Assembly: GCF_036321535.1 (NCBI RefSeq)
Contig: NC_087437.1
Location: forward strand, 89,778,001 to 89,842,000
Source of the DNA: Camelus dromedarius
Taxonomy: Eukaryota
DNA length: 64,000 nt
Direction: 5' to 3'
Shown here: positions 53,134 to 64,000 of the stretch, piece by piece
Numbering within the stretch: the stretch's first letter is position 1
How the letters are laid out: each line of letters opens with the position of its first letter
Made by a program: the position numbers and the translations under genes
The notes under the pieces: model-generated
The model's database searches: none
What the model was told of the DNA's origin: nothing
The model's input: the letters and a program-made list of their open reading frames with translations, nothing else

Positions 53134-53387
53134 ACTTTTCCTCATTTTCATTTTGGAAGGGGCAATCATGTAGATATAGAAAATCTGAAACTATCAGAAT
53201 CCATCATTGCCTACCATGGTCAAAGATCATCTAAGAATAAAGCCAAGTTAGGAAAAAGAGGAGCCAAAAGTTGACAAGAAAGAGACATAAAGATAATGGT
53301 ATTATTTGAACCCTTATATCCAATTATGTCTAAAGCTAGATTCACCATGGACTTTTCATATATCTAAACCAATAAATCCCTTCTTAT

Positions 53388-53815
53388 GCAGTGGTATAAT
53401 AAAAATAAATATATTTGGTCTTGGTCCCTGGAACCTGGCACAAGAACTTCAAAAACTCTTGGAATTTCAAAACCCCGAGTGATCTGCATTTCTTTTGTTA
53501 TTCATAATTAGCCTCTTTCAACCAAATTTGAGTTTATACTAACAAGATGACTAATGGTGGGCCCTTAAAAAGTTTCAAGGGAGGGGCTGGCCAAATGAGT
53601 AGAGGGTTGGAACTTTCAGTCCCACCCCACAACCTCCAGAGGTCAGGGAAGCATCAATTCACTCAATCTTGCCTAAGTATTGGAGTCTCAACAAAAACTC
53701 TTAAACAACAAGATTCAGGAAGCTTTGAGATTGGTGATTACATCAGTGTCTGGTGGGTGGAATGTCAGGAGAGGGCATGGAGGCTCTTCCTCTCTCCCTC
53801 CAACATCCCCTTATA
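53388..53815 (+). mobile_element. MER21-like LTR fragment
   Basis: ttggtcttggtccctggaacctggcaca, gagtttatactaacaagatgact, ggggctggcc and agagggttggaactttcagtcccacccc. Confidence 0.8.
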
Positions 53816-54598
53816 GTGTGCTCTCTTTCTTGCCTCATCCAAGCCAGGACTGCCTTACTACTTCCGCTATAAAGCACATCATTTGAAAAGTATTTGATGT
53901 GTTTGAATATTGTATACCAACCATACGTCTTCTGTACAGAACACAACTCCCAATATCCCTGGGAGCACTATTATTTTGTTTTGTTTTTGTTTTTGTTTTA
54001 ACAGATTCTTCCATATTAAAAAGGAAAAACAGTATGATCAATCATAAGAAGCAGACCTGCCTACCTTTGCAGCTGCAGGACAAAAATATCTCTGTCCATG
54101 TATTTTATGTGTACCTACCCAGTAAGGAAAGAATTTATCACAGGCAATCCTGTTCAGTCTACTTCTCATTTTTTCAAGGTGATTTGTTACTTAGCCTCTG
54201 CTTTGATAGCCTTTTCCTTTATCCACCTTAGTTGACTGGTGTTTTCCAGATTATTTTTCACATCTGATGACTGAATGATTAAATTCTTTCTGAAAATTTT
54301 TTTGTTACTTCAACTCTATATCTACATGATAAAACTTCTTTATTTAACTGAAGAATTAAAACATCTAGAGCTTTTTTCCTTTCCACAGGCGGGGCAATCT
54401 GCTTATTCATGTTTGAGTTTCGGCAGGAATACTTTAGAGTTCCTAAGGAGAGACAGGAGGCATAAGAATGGATGCTCGCTCCCCAGACAGTCCTTTGCCT
54501 TCTCTCTTTCTGGATAACTATTCAAGAATTTAACCCATTAGTACAGTCAGAATTCAAATCCTGTATGTCAGCGGATTTGAGAACAGCTTAAATTTGTA

Positions 54599-54606
54599 GT
54601 CTCTCT

Positions 54607-54648
<42 letters not shown>
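54599..54648. repeat. (CT)n(CA)n compound microsatellite
   Basis: Direct reading. Confidence 0.9.
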
Positions 54649-54677
54649 GAGGAAAGGAGAGGGATTAAAATTTTCCC

Positions 54678-55072
54678 TGTGACATATGTCTTCCATTTGC
54701 CTGCCTAGATCCACACTCCACACTCTACCCTTCCTCTTTTTCTGTCCTGAGACACTGACTTACACAATGGCCTCTCTTGTTCTGACTTTTACTTTAGTTA
54801 AGATAACTGCAGGGCCCTTTCAGGAGATGAGAGGAGGAGAGGAGAGAGAAATCAGAATCTCTCTTCCTTTTGGGACACATCAAGCTGGCTAGGTCTCACC
54901 TTTGAAGGGGATCTCTCTAGACTGTTCTTTTCTAATCTTGGAAATCATTATCTCCATATTCACTGTCTTTCATTTTGAGATTGCAGGATGGTAACACTTC
55001 TTTGTTACCACCATGGGATAGCACGATGTCCATAATGATTTTCCAACATGCTGCCCACTTCTTTGTTAATAG
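54678..55072 (+). mobile_element. LTR33-like fragment
   Basis: tttgcctgcctagatccac...caggagatgagaggaggagaggagagag...ggatggtaacacttc. Confidence 0.6.
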
Positions 55073-55370
55073 TCTCACAAATACAGAGAATAAACTAGTG
55101 ATTACCATCAAGGAGGAAGAAGAAGAGAGGGGAAAGGGGGAGGGGAAAGTTAGAGGTAGAGGATTAAGAGGTACAAACTATTATACATGAAATAAATAAG
55201 TTATAAGGGTATATTAAACAGTACAAGGAATATAGCCAACATTTTATAATAACTATAAATGGAGTATAAACTTTAAAAATTGTGAAGCACTATGTTGTAC
55301 ACCTGACATTCATGTAACATTGTACATCAACTATACCTCAATTTACAAAGTTGAAAAGAAAAAAGAAAAG
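55073..55370 (+). mobile_element. L1 3' end fragment
   Basis: acagagaataaactagtgattacca...aagaggtacaaacta...ggaatatagccaacatttt...catcaactatacctcaat plus A-rich tail. Confidence 0.9.
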
Positions 55371-56101
55371 TTACTGTAGATATCAGTCCTTATAAAGACT
55401 CTACGTATCTACCAAATGATTTCATTTAGCTCTAGCTCTGAATACTTAAGAAAATCACCTAACATAATCCTTACAAACATAAAAATAACAGTAGACAGAA
55501 TTTAACATGGACTTAGTTATAAGCACATGCCTTGATAATTGCAAGGGTTGGTCAAGTCTTTAAAAAATACTTTAAGAAATTTTTTTAAGAAATGTATTAA
55601 TTTATTATATTGTGTAAATTATGAATAGCAAATGGATACTTCAGACGTGCACTAAAATATCCAGTGCCAGCATCAAATCAAAACTGCTGCAATATCTTAA
55701 CTTAAACAGATGTAAAGCTGTGCTCTAGGAAAATCATGTTCAATGACTCAAGTCTCTTAGGTGATGGCAAAATTCTGATGTCAAACATTTACGTGAGAAC
55801 TTTGAATAAAACATCCTTGAAACATGAGAGTAGAAATAAAGTACCATTTCTTAATGAATGGATTTTATAAAATATGCTAATTTAAATGTCTCATTAAAGT
55901 GATAAATACTGCAAGATAATATCTAACCATGCCAAGAATATCTTTAAAAGTTTAACTGTTAAAATCTTGAAGACAGTTAAAAAAATATTTTCTTTTGGAA
56001 AAATGAAGCTTAATTTACAACTGGCTCACTTTCTAGTGAGGTATAATATGCAGTCCTTCTCATCCCCAAACATACTCCCTTAATGGATTTTAGATTTACT
56101 G

Positions 56102-56196
56102 ACTAGGGACAGGATTAGGGTTAGAGGTTAGGGTTACGGTTAGCGTTTGGGTTAGGAGTTAGATTTAGGGGTTAGGGGATAGGGTTAAGGTGAAGG
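56102..56196 (+). repeat. Degenerate (TTAGGG)n interstitial telomere-like array
   Basis: About 13 hexamer/heptamer units from 56115, four of them perfect TTAGGG. Confidence 0.85.
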
Positions 56197-58039
56197 TAAA
56201 AAATTAGATGCCTTTTCAAGACCACTGTCACTGCCCCCTTCCTGCCTCAGCTCTGGAGTTTCTCCCCTGATGACTGACTCTCCATGTTTTACTATCTCCA
56301 ATGTTAATCTGCATCCTTTATTCATGTTCTCAAGACTCCTGGCTAATTACTTCTTTAAAAGATCTATTGCACTTACTTTAGTTAATTCTGAGCTCTTCTT
56401 TTCTCTGAAATCCAAATCCAATACTTATATTTAATTTTGTAATGAGTCTTCTGAGAAAGAGAGCTGTAAGTGTTTACTTTTCATGAATCGAGTTTTCACT
56501 AGGCTTATTAAATTGTAAGATGTGGTAAATAGTGTCACATCTGAAGTTATGTTTGTGCCCCTGTGGGTAAGCAGATTGATAGCAGGGAGGGGACTAGCTT
56601 AGTAAATTAGTTGATAAAATAACAGCCCCAATTTTTTTCTCTCAGTGTCACAGCAATATCAGAGCAATGTCCAAAATTCTTAACTATCTTGTGCCACAGC
56701 ATTTGACATTTTTCCAACCTTAAAATAGGTTAATAAAACCTTAAAATAGGCTTAAAAAATAATTTATTGAAACATAAAACTGTCCAACTAAGAAATCTAA
56801 TTCTTCTTACCACTGGGAAAAGAAATACTAAAAATGCTTCTCCTCCTATTTTTCATATGTATTACAAATGTATTTAAAGAACATAAAAATTGAATGTTGA
56901 ATATATTTGCCATAACGCCTGAGGTTGTAACTCAAAGTAATCTTCAGTGAATCACAGAATGTTTCAAATATGGCAGGAAATCAAGAGGAAGAGTGTTGGT
57001 GTGTTTAGTCTAACATTTCAGCCTTATTCCCAGATTTCCAAATGCAGGATTTAAGACGGAAAGGCATGTAGGGAATTTTAGAAAGGGGGGGGGGTGACAT
57101 TAGAAAATTAACTAGCTGAGAAGACAACACTCACATTTCAGAAAATGCTAACCTCAGCATCAAAATAAACTCATTCAAGATGAAAACATATTACAAAAAA
57201 TGTAGAGTTAGCTAGAAAATCACCAGACATTTTCAGCAAAATGAAAATGTATAATCAATGTTGAACTTTTGATATTAAAAAGAAGAGGAATACAAAAAAG
57301 TGTCTAAAGACAGTTCAACAAATTTCTCAGAGTGTGGCTTTTAAAGTGCTTCTAATTCATATCTAATGGAGAATGACAAGAGTAGTGCCTGGGAAAAGCA
57401 ACGGCATGACCTTACAGGACAGCTTTGCACTTTGCTCCTGATGATCAGTAAACTGAAAACAGAACAGTCAGATACTACTAAAACAAAACAAAAACGGTAA
57501 AGAGAGTAAACAAATAATGACAAAATTGATACCAAATGTATCTTCAAATCCTTCCAACTATACAAACAAAAATAATTATAGTAAAAGTAAATATTAGCAC
57601 TTGAAACTGAAAAAAAGTGGAATGGTAGAATCATGACACATTTACTTTTTTTCAGTTTCAAGTGGATTCCTGAACATCTGCGTATAAAAATATTCCGGAT
57701 TTAGCGACAGTGACTTTGCTGTTGCATGCCTTCCCTGCACGTAGTCACACAACATAAATACACAAAACGTGTTTATTACTGCATGGACTTCCCTGCCAGT
57801 ATTTTTTTTTCTAAGTTCATTTCCACAAAATGTTCTAAGATACAGATATATCTTAAATTGTATCATTTTAGTGGAGGTAATACTCTCTTTTTAGATTGGC
57901 AATTTATAACAAAATTGATCTGCACTTCATTAAAGCATTTAATAATGAGAAGATAAGTAGGAAAAAATAGGTTATACTAGAAAAGTAGAGATATTAGAAT
58001 AATTATCATGCTAATTATTTTCATAACAATGAAGCCCAT

Positions 58040-58152
58040 AACAGTTCCCTTTCTTCTAAGGTTGTAGTAAGGATGAAATGAGATAATGGCTGAAAGCGCT
58101 TAGAAAAGCACCTGCACTTAGTAAGTGCTCATTAAGAGTTAGCTATTACTGT
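58040..58152 (+). mobile_element. MIR 3' fragment
   Basis: ggttgtagtaaggatgaaatgagataat...aaagcgcttagaa...tagtaagtgctca. Confidence 0.8.
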
Positions 58153-58239
58153 TTTCATTAATGATATTTATAGTCCTGCACTTACAGCACATCTTAGGCT
58201 AGCTTTATCTATGTGTAGTGCTTGAATATTTTCATAATT

Positions 58240-58520
58240 CATATATTCAGACATACAGTGAATACCTGTGGATTACTAGGCACTGTACTGGGGACTAGTA
58301 GAGTTTCTTACAGTTTATATAAGAAGATAATAACAGTTTATGTACAGAAGATAAAGAAACATACAAATAAAGACAATCAAGTGTAGTAAGCGTTGTAGTC
58401 GAGGAAGGCCAGGGGACCATGGCAGCTCATAAAAGAAAGCCATCCAAATGGGATGGGGATGAACACAGCTGTGGAAAGGGAGTAAACCAGGCAGAGAAGG
58501 CTTTGCAGAGCAAGTAAAAC
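58240..58520 (-). mobile_element. LINE-2 fragment
   Basis: ctaggcactgtactggggact and downstream reverse-strand L2 text. Confidence 0.5.
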
Positions 58521-59764
58521 TCAGCCATACGCAATGTGACTAACACAGTCCCCCTCAAAGTCTTCGCCATCCCATTTGCGTCTAGAGCCCTGATATCATT
58601 AGACTCAGATAAGTGAGCATTCAGCTGGAGTAGATAAAGTCAGAGTTCCTGCGCAAACACAGATACCCATCAGACACCTGGGTAGAGAAATAAATTGACT
58701 AGAAAGGAGAGACAAGGACAATTTAAGCTGTTTTGCCCGCTTCAGTTTCTTTTGGCAATGCTGTGTGCTTATTTTTTTTAATGGCTGTCTAGACATAAAT
58801 GTGATAAAGTTGATTAAAAGAATTCAATGAACTTTTCAGTGCTTTTATTTTAAAAGCTAACAATATTGGGACCTATTAAGAGTAGATGACAAGAGTAAGG
58901 CTTTGATGTGTAGAAAAGGAATGTTCTTGAAGGTTTCATAGAGAAAAAAAAATCCTGAAAAAGTCCCATAAAGAGTCTTCTTTACCCACTAATGGAGTTA
59001 TGCTTCAATAGGAAAAAAAAAAAGTTCCCAATTTATAAAACAATTCCATACTCATGAATTTTTAAAGGCATATTGAAATGATATTTGATATTATAGTAAA
59101 ATGTTGAAAATTAACCCTATTTCTTTGATTCAGATGCCATTATAGCTTATGGAAGAAAACTTTTTTACATCAAAGTTTTTTTTTTTTAATATATCAATTG
59201 TTATGCTTCCTTGTATTGGGCCCACATTAGTTGTTCTGAATGCTGTCTTATAGCACATAACCTATTAGAAAACTTTCCCAAATGCCACATAATATATACA
59301 AACACATGAAATTGATCACACTAGATCAATTTTGATGATCTCATAAAGACAATGATGAGATCAATGACACTAATATGGTCCAAATTTTTCATAAACTTGC
59401 AAACTTTTTCATTCTACTTCAAACAATGAAACAGTCTTCATATTATATCTTTGACCACTGATTTCTATTTTTGTATTGCACCCTGCTATCATAAATGTCA
59501 AATATCCTTTGCTCAGTTTTAAGGCATTAGAACATCACAGAGGACTCAGATTTCTGGGTTGATTCTATGCCCCTCATCCTCTCGTTCCCACTGATGGTGC
59601 CTTCACTTTCTCCAGTGCTCTGTCAATCTCTCACTATTGACTGTAAGTGTCTTATTCACCCTTTCCTTTTAAATAGAGAGAGGACAATTTATTCCTATTA
59701 ACCTACAAACATTTGAGGAAGTGTAGAGTAAAAAACAGTATTTGTCATGCAATATGAAGATAAA

Positions 59765-59945
59765 GGTTCTGTAATGTGTGAACTAACTATTCATAGATAA
59801 CCCTAAAAGAAATTACTTAACGCTTTTAGCCATATATTCCTCATCTATAAAGCTACTGTCTCACAAGGTTGAATAAAGGGTAATTTAAAAAATATATGTA
59901 AAAGTGCTTGGTAAACATTTAAAGGTCAGATAAGTAGATGATGTT
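59765..59945 (+). mobile_element. MIR fragment
   Basis: aattacttaac...ttcctcatctataaa...tgtaaaagtgcttgg. Confidence 0.6.
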
Positions 59946-60509
59946 GTTTGGAATACTTCTGGTAGTTACTGTAATATGGTGGCAGAGTTTTGAAATACGA
60001 TTATTGCATTTCTTTCCTGTATCTCCTAATCCACCTACGTCTCCTCCTCACTCTACCCCACTGTCCTAAATTTGGTAGTAGTTAGGCTGTTCAGCATCAT
60101 GATACAGGGAAAATATGTATGTTCAAACATTATAGGAAATGAAGTTTTCCTGGTTTTCAGATTTTAAAAACCCAGATCTTAGGAAGTAAAAATTTGGACC
60201 TAAACAAAAGATTTGGTAAGAAACATGATGAGGGTGAGTTGGGGAGTTAAGACACATCCACAAGAAGAAAAACCCATGAGTAGGAGAGTGATTTGGAAGT
60301 AGGGCCAGTCAGTCCCTGAGTCACGGGAAGAAAGAGAAGCCACAGATGGTTGTGGGGATCCTTGAGCAACTCCAAGTAGTTCCCAGAGCTGGGAATATAC
60401 ATCAGCTATTTACCTCAGTTGTGAAGATAGAATGTAAACTATACGTTTTTCCATATATATAAATATAGATATATCTCTCTATATATCTTGTTATTTCTTG
60501 TAGTCTTCC

Positions 60510-61360
60510 CATCTCTGCTAACAGGAAAGACATCCTTCCAGTGGCATGGACCAAAGTCTTGTAGACATCCTTGACTCATTATTTTCTCTTGCATTCTGCC
60601 CACAAACTGTGAGAAATTTCAGCTGGCTATCCTTTCACATCAACTGCAATTTCTTCTTCACCAACTTCATGCTAGCACATGATAAATTACATTTGTGTCT
60701 CTACCCCCAACACAGCAACCAGACTTTAAATGCATAAAGCAGATCATGTCACCCCTTTGCTGGACATCCTCCAATGCTGTCCCACTGACTCACTGTAAAA
60801 GCCAAGTCCATGAGCTAACTTACCAGGCCCTGTGCAACCAGGTCCAGCTACCCATCTGATTTCATCTACTCCTCTCCATGTCTTCCTTCCTTTCTTTCCC
60901 TGCCTCAGTCTGCTCCACGCACACCAGACACCTTGCTTGTTCTTAGGGATACAAGTATATGCCTGCCAGACGTGCTTTGCACTGGTCTTATTCTTTACAC
61001 ATGACCCTCTTCCCTCAATATTCTCATGGTCTGCTCCCTTGCTGCCTTCAGTCTGTCCAAATGTCATCATCTCAGTAAGGCCCTGCCATGTCTACTTCAT
61101 CTAAAAATAGCAATCGCCCCACCTCCAGACATGTCCCAACCTCATTTCCTCTGCTTTCTTCAACTTACAAATCACCTTCAAATATAACTATATTGTTCTC
61201 TCATTTTGCCATGCTGTTGTTTGACTTCTCCCACTAGAACATATATTCTATAAGGATAAGGATTTTCTCTTTGGCTTCATTTTCCACTTCACAGAAGCAC
61301 CTGAAACAGAGCTTGTCCTACAGTAGGTGCCTAATAATTATTTTATAAGTTGATAAATAA
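60510..61360 (+). mobile_element. LINE-2 3' fragment
   Basis: catccttgactc, cagatcatgtcacccctttgct, caaatgtcatcatctcagtaaggcc and acagtaggtgcctaataa terminus. Confidence 0.85.
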
Positions 61361-62814
61361 GGATGAAGTGCAATCTATTTAAAATATTATTTTATTAATA
61401 TTGTTTTAAAATTACATCTTGTGAATTTAAGCCTCTCTTCCCTTCTTAAATCCACCCTTGGCATGTTTTAATAAATGCTTTCAAATCTCTTTTCAGGTGA
61501 TTTTAATCTTTGTGTTTAAATCACTTTCACTGTCAAGCTGCTGTTCTGTGCTATTCAGTGTATGAATTCCTGTGCCTGAGTTTGTGAGAATAAGGCTTGC
61601 AGAATATGCCACCAAATACAAGAGAAGGTGTGAATTCCTTTTATAGCAGGATCAATAACCATCTGAATTGGACAGATTAAATTAGCCACAGGCTGGTTTG
61701 GAAGCAGGAGGAGAGATGGACAGCTTCCGAGAGTCTCTTGTAGTTCTACACAAAGTGTTTGTTAAAGTTTCAATGAGAAAAAAGGCACTAAAATGCAAAG
61801 GTAAACATTCTGCTGTAAAGTGATAGAGACAAATGGCCTTCTACTGCACAAACCTTTTCAGAGATGGTATAGATCATCTGCATTATGTTTTTGTGTTGCC
61901 TGTGAAAGCGATGTGTGGAGAAAGGCACTACTTGAAATTCAATTCCAATATCATGTTGGCTGAAAAGCTGTGCTTCTTAGTAAATCCAACCAAATACACT
62001 GACATTTTCAGAGTGCATCTGATACATTTCAATAATTAATTCTTAAGTCAAGAAAGAGTCAAGAAATCAGATGAAGAAACACAGTAGGCTGAAAATTGCC
62101 AGTGGGAAGAAAAAAAAAATCAGCCACAGATAGAACCTTTTCAAGCTGAAAAGAGGTCAGTGGGATACTACTGGGAACAGGGATAAAGCTTCAGGGGTTT
62201 TTATTATTATTTACATAAACCACCCAGAGAGTAATGTGAGCTGCCCTGGCCATAACTTTGCAGAAATTGGTAGGCTCAGAAAAGAAAAATGCAATTGCAT
62301 CGTAGAAAGAACTAAATCAATGAAGTACATATATAACAAGCTGTCGGAGGAGAAAAATCTCACACAAAAATACATTATCTTTTAAAGAAAACAGATGGTG
62401 GAATGATGGTGCTGCATATGAACTTGAGAACTGATCCAATAAGCCCCTGCCACAAAGTTGTATCTGTTTTCTGTAGGGGGCCTTTATCTTTCGTTGGGAG
62501 AATGCCACAGCATTGCCAATTGAAATACTGGACTTATATTCGTAGCTGAGTATTTTTAAATATGGGAAAGATAAATTTCAGATCTGTTTTGCAAACACAT
62601 TCTTCATGATATCCCAGGTTATGTATTTTTATTTCTGCTCCCAAGTATTCTCAGATATTATCAATAAATGCAATGAAGTATAATTTATATTACTGATAGT
62701 TAATTTAAAAATACCAATTCAACTTATTTTAGCATCTATTTCTTAAAGGTTTATAATGGAGAGGCAGATATACTTGGATCATTATATTCAGTGACCTATT
62801 GAGATTATTTATTT

Positions 62815-63182
62815 TTGCCTATTTTTTTAAAGTAGAGTTGATTTACAATGTTGTGTTGGTTTCTGGTGTACATTACAGTAATTCAGTCATACATTTATAT
62901 ATACATATTATTTCTCATTATACGTATTACAAGATATTGAATATGGTTCCCTGTGCTGTACTGTAGGACATTGTTACTAATCTATTTTATATATAGTAGT
63001 TTGTATCTGCTAATCCCAAACTCCTAATTTATACTCCCCCTTCTGCTTCGTTAACCATAGTTTGTTTTCTGTATCTGTGAGTCTGTTTCTGTTTTGTTCA
63101 TTTGTGTCATATTTTGATTCCATGTATTGGTGATACGTGATATTTAGCTTTGTCCATCTGATTTATTTCACTTAGCATGATG
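62815..63182 (-). mobile_element. L1 3' end fragment (sense to CADM2)
   Basis: T-tract followed by gttgatttacaatgttgtgtt...aagatattgaatatggttccctgtgct...atttcacttagcatgat. Confidence 0.9.
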
Positions 63183-63579
63183 AGCATATTTCTTTATAGT
63201 GGCTCTTAATACAAGGTCTCAGGAAAGGTTAACGCATGGAGAAAGATATATATGCATAGCATTTACAGTTTGCTTTATCAAGTGAAATTCACCTGCTGAA
63301 AGTAAAAGCAACCTTTACAGTCAAATGCCCACAACTTGGCATAGGAACCACTAGGTGACACTATCATAATGCTAGTTCTGATCAATAATCCTAAACCTCT
63401 AACAGGGAAAGTAAAATAACAATACACTTATTTTAAGATTCTTGAAATGTCAGTGTGTGCTCCTGCATTCTATAATCTGGTAATAGGAAATGAGGGAGCG
63501 TTAGATACTCCTAGACAAAGCCCTTTGTATTCCTAGCTGCTACACCTGTGCTTAACACATAATAGGTAGTCAACTCACT

Positions 63580-63625
63580 GGAAAAACATATATCTTATAT
63601 CCGGAAAAACATATATCTTATATCC
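63580..63625. repeat. Perfect 23-bp tandem duplication
   Basis: ggaaaaacatatatcttatatcc at 63580-63602 and 63603-63625. Confidence 0.97.
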
Positions 63626-64000
63626 CTCAACAACTTTTAAGGAAGTAGTAATTTGTAAAAAGAAGTGTTTTGAATTTAGAAATTCACTACATGATTCCTT
63701 ATAATTCAAACGACTTGTGAAATAGTAATTTCCAATTGTCTCTGTGAGCCCCAGGATAACTTTGGCAAGAAAGTAAATTATATATGCTTTAGTTCCAATT
63801 TTACTTCTAAGTAAGTGAAAGAGTAAAATATACAACTCAAATGGATAGAGTAACAAGTACATTAGATTTTTAAATCTCAGCTTGAATAATAGAAGGTGGT
63901 TGTGGCATAGGTAGGAAATTTTCCATATGTGAGATAATCTGTTATGTGGCAACCAAATTATAAGAGTTACTCTATTTTTTTTCCTTTGGCAAAAATAAAT

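Larger units (their letters stand above)
14882..64000 (-). other. CADM2: CADM2 intron upstream of the exon (runs off the window)
   Basis: Ends in a pyrimidine tract plus AG at 14883-14882. Neither the signal-peptide exon nor the AAASKNKVK microexon was found in the window. Confidence 0.8.

Noticed and set aside
1..64000. CRISPR array, operon, phage or other prokaryote-type system
   Set aside because: No regularly spaced repeat-spacer array and no dense ORFs. The sequence is mammalian intron.

Overview
AT-rich, CpG-poor mammalian genomic DNA. It is probably camelid, because it carries a tRNA-derived SINE matching the camelid Vic-1 type at 13388-13531. The window lies inside CADM2 (SynCAM2/Necl-3), transcribed on the minus strand. 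The only coding piece I can support is one 150-nt exon (14732-14881), missed by the ORF track, which encodes the first half of the Ig-V domain. The rest is intron with transposon fossils (hAT-Charlie, MER, L1, L2, MIR, MaLR/ERVL/ERV1 LTRs) and microsatellites. The best-supported unusual structure is an L1 insertion carrying a ~400-nt 3' transduction inside an 18-nt target-site duplication (36729-37956). Other leads are a perfect 37-bp copy 2.1 kb from its apparent source, a degenerate telomeric array, several AG|GT splice-signal composites on the CADM2 strand, and an E-box cluster. I see no prokaryote-type system, CRISPR array or novel gene. Repeat subfamily names come from recalled consensus sequences, not from a database search, and boundaries of old repeats are approximate.
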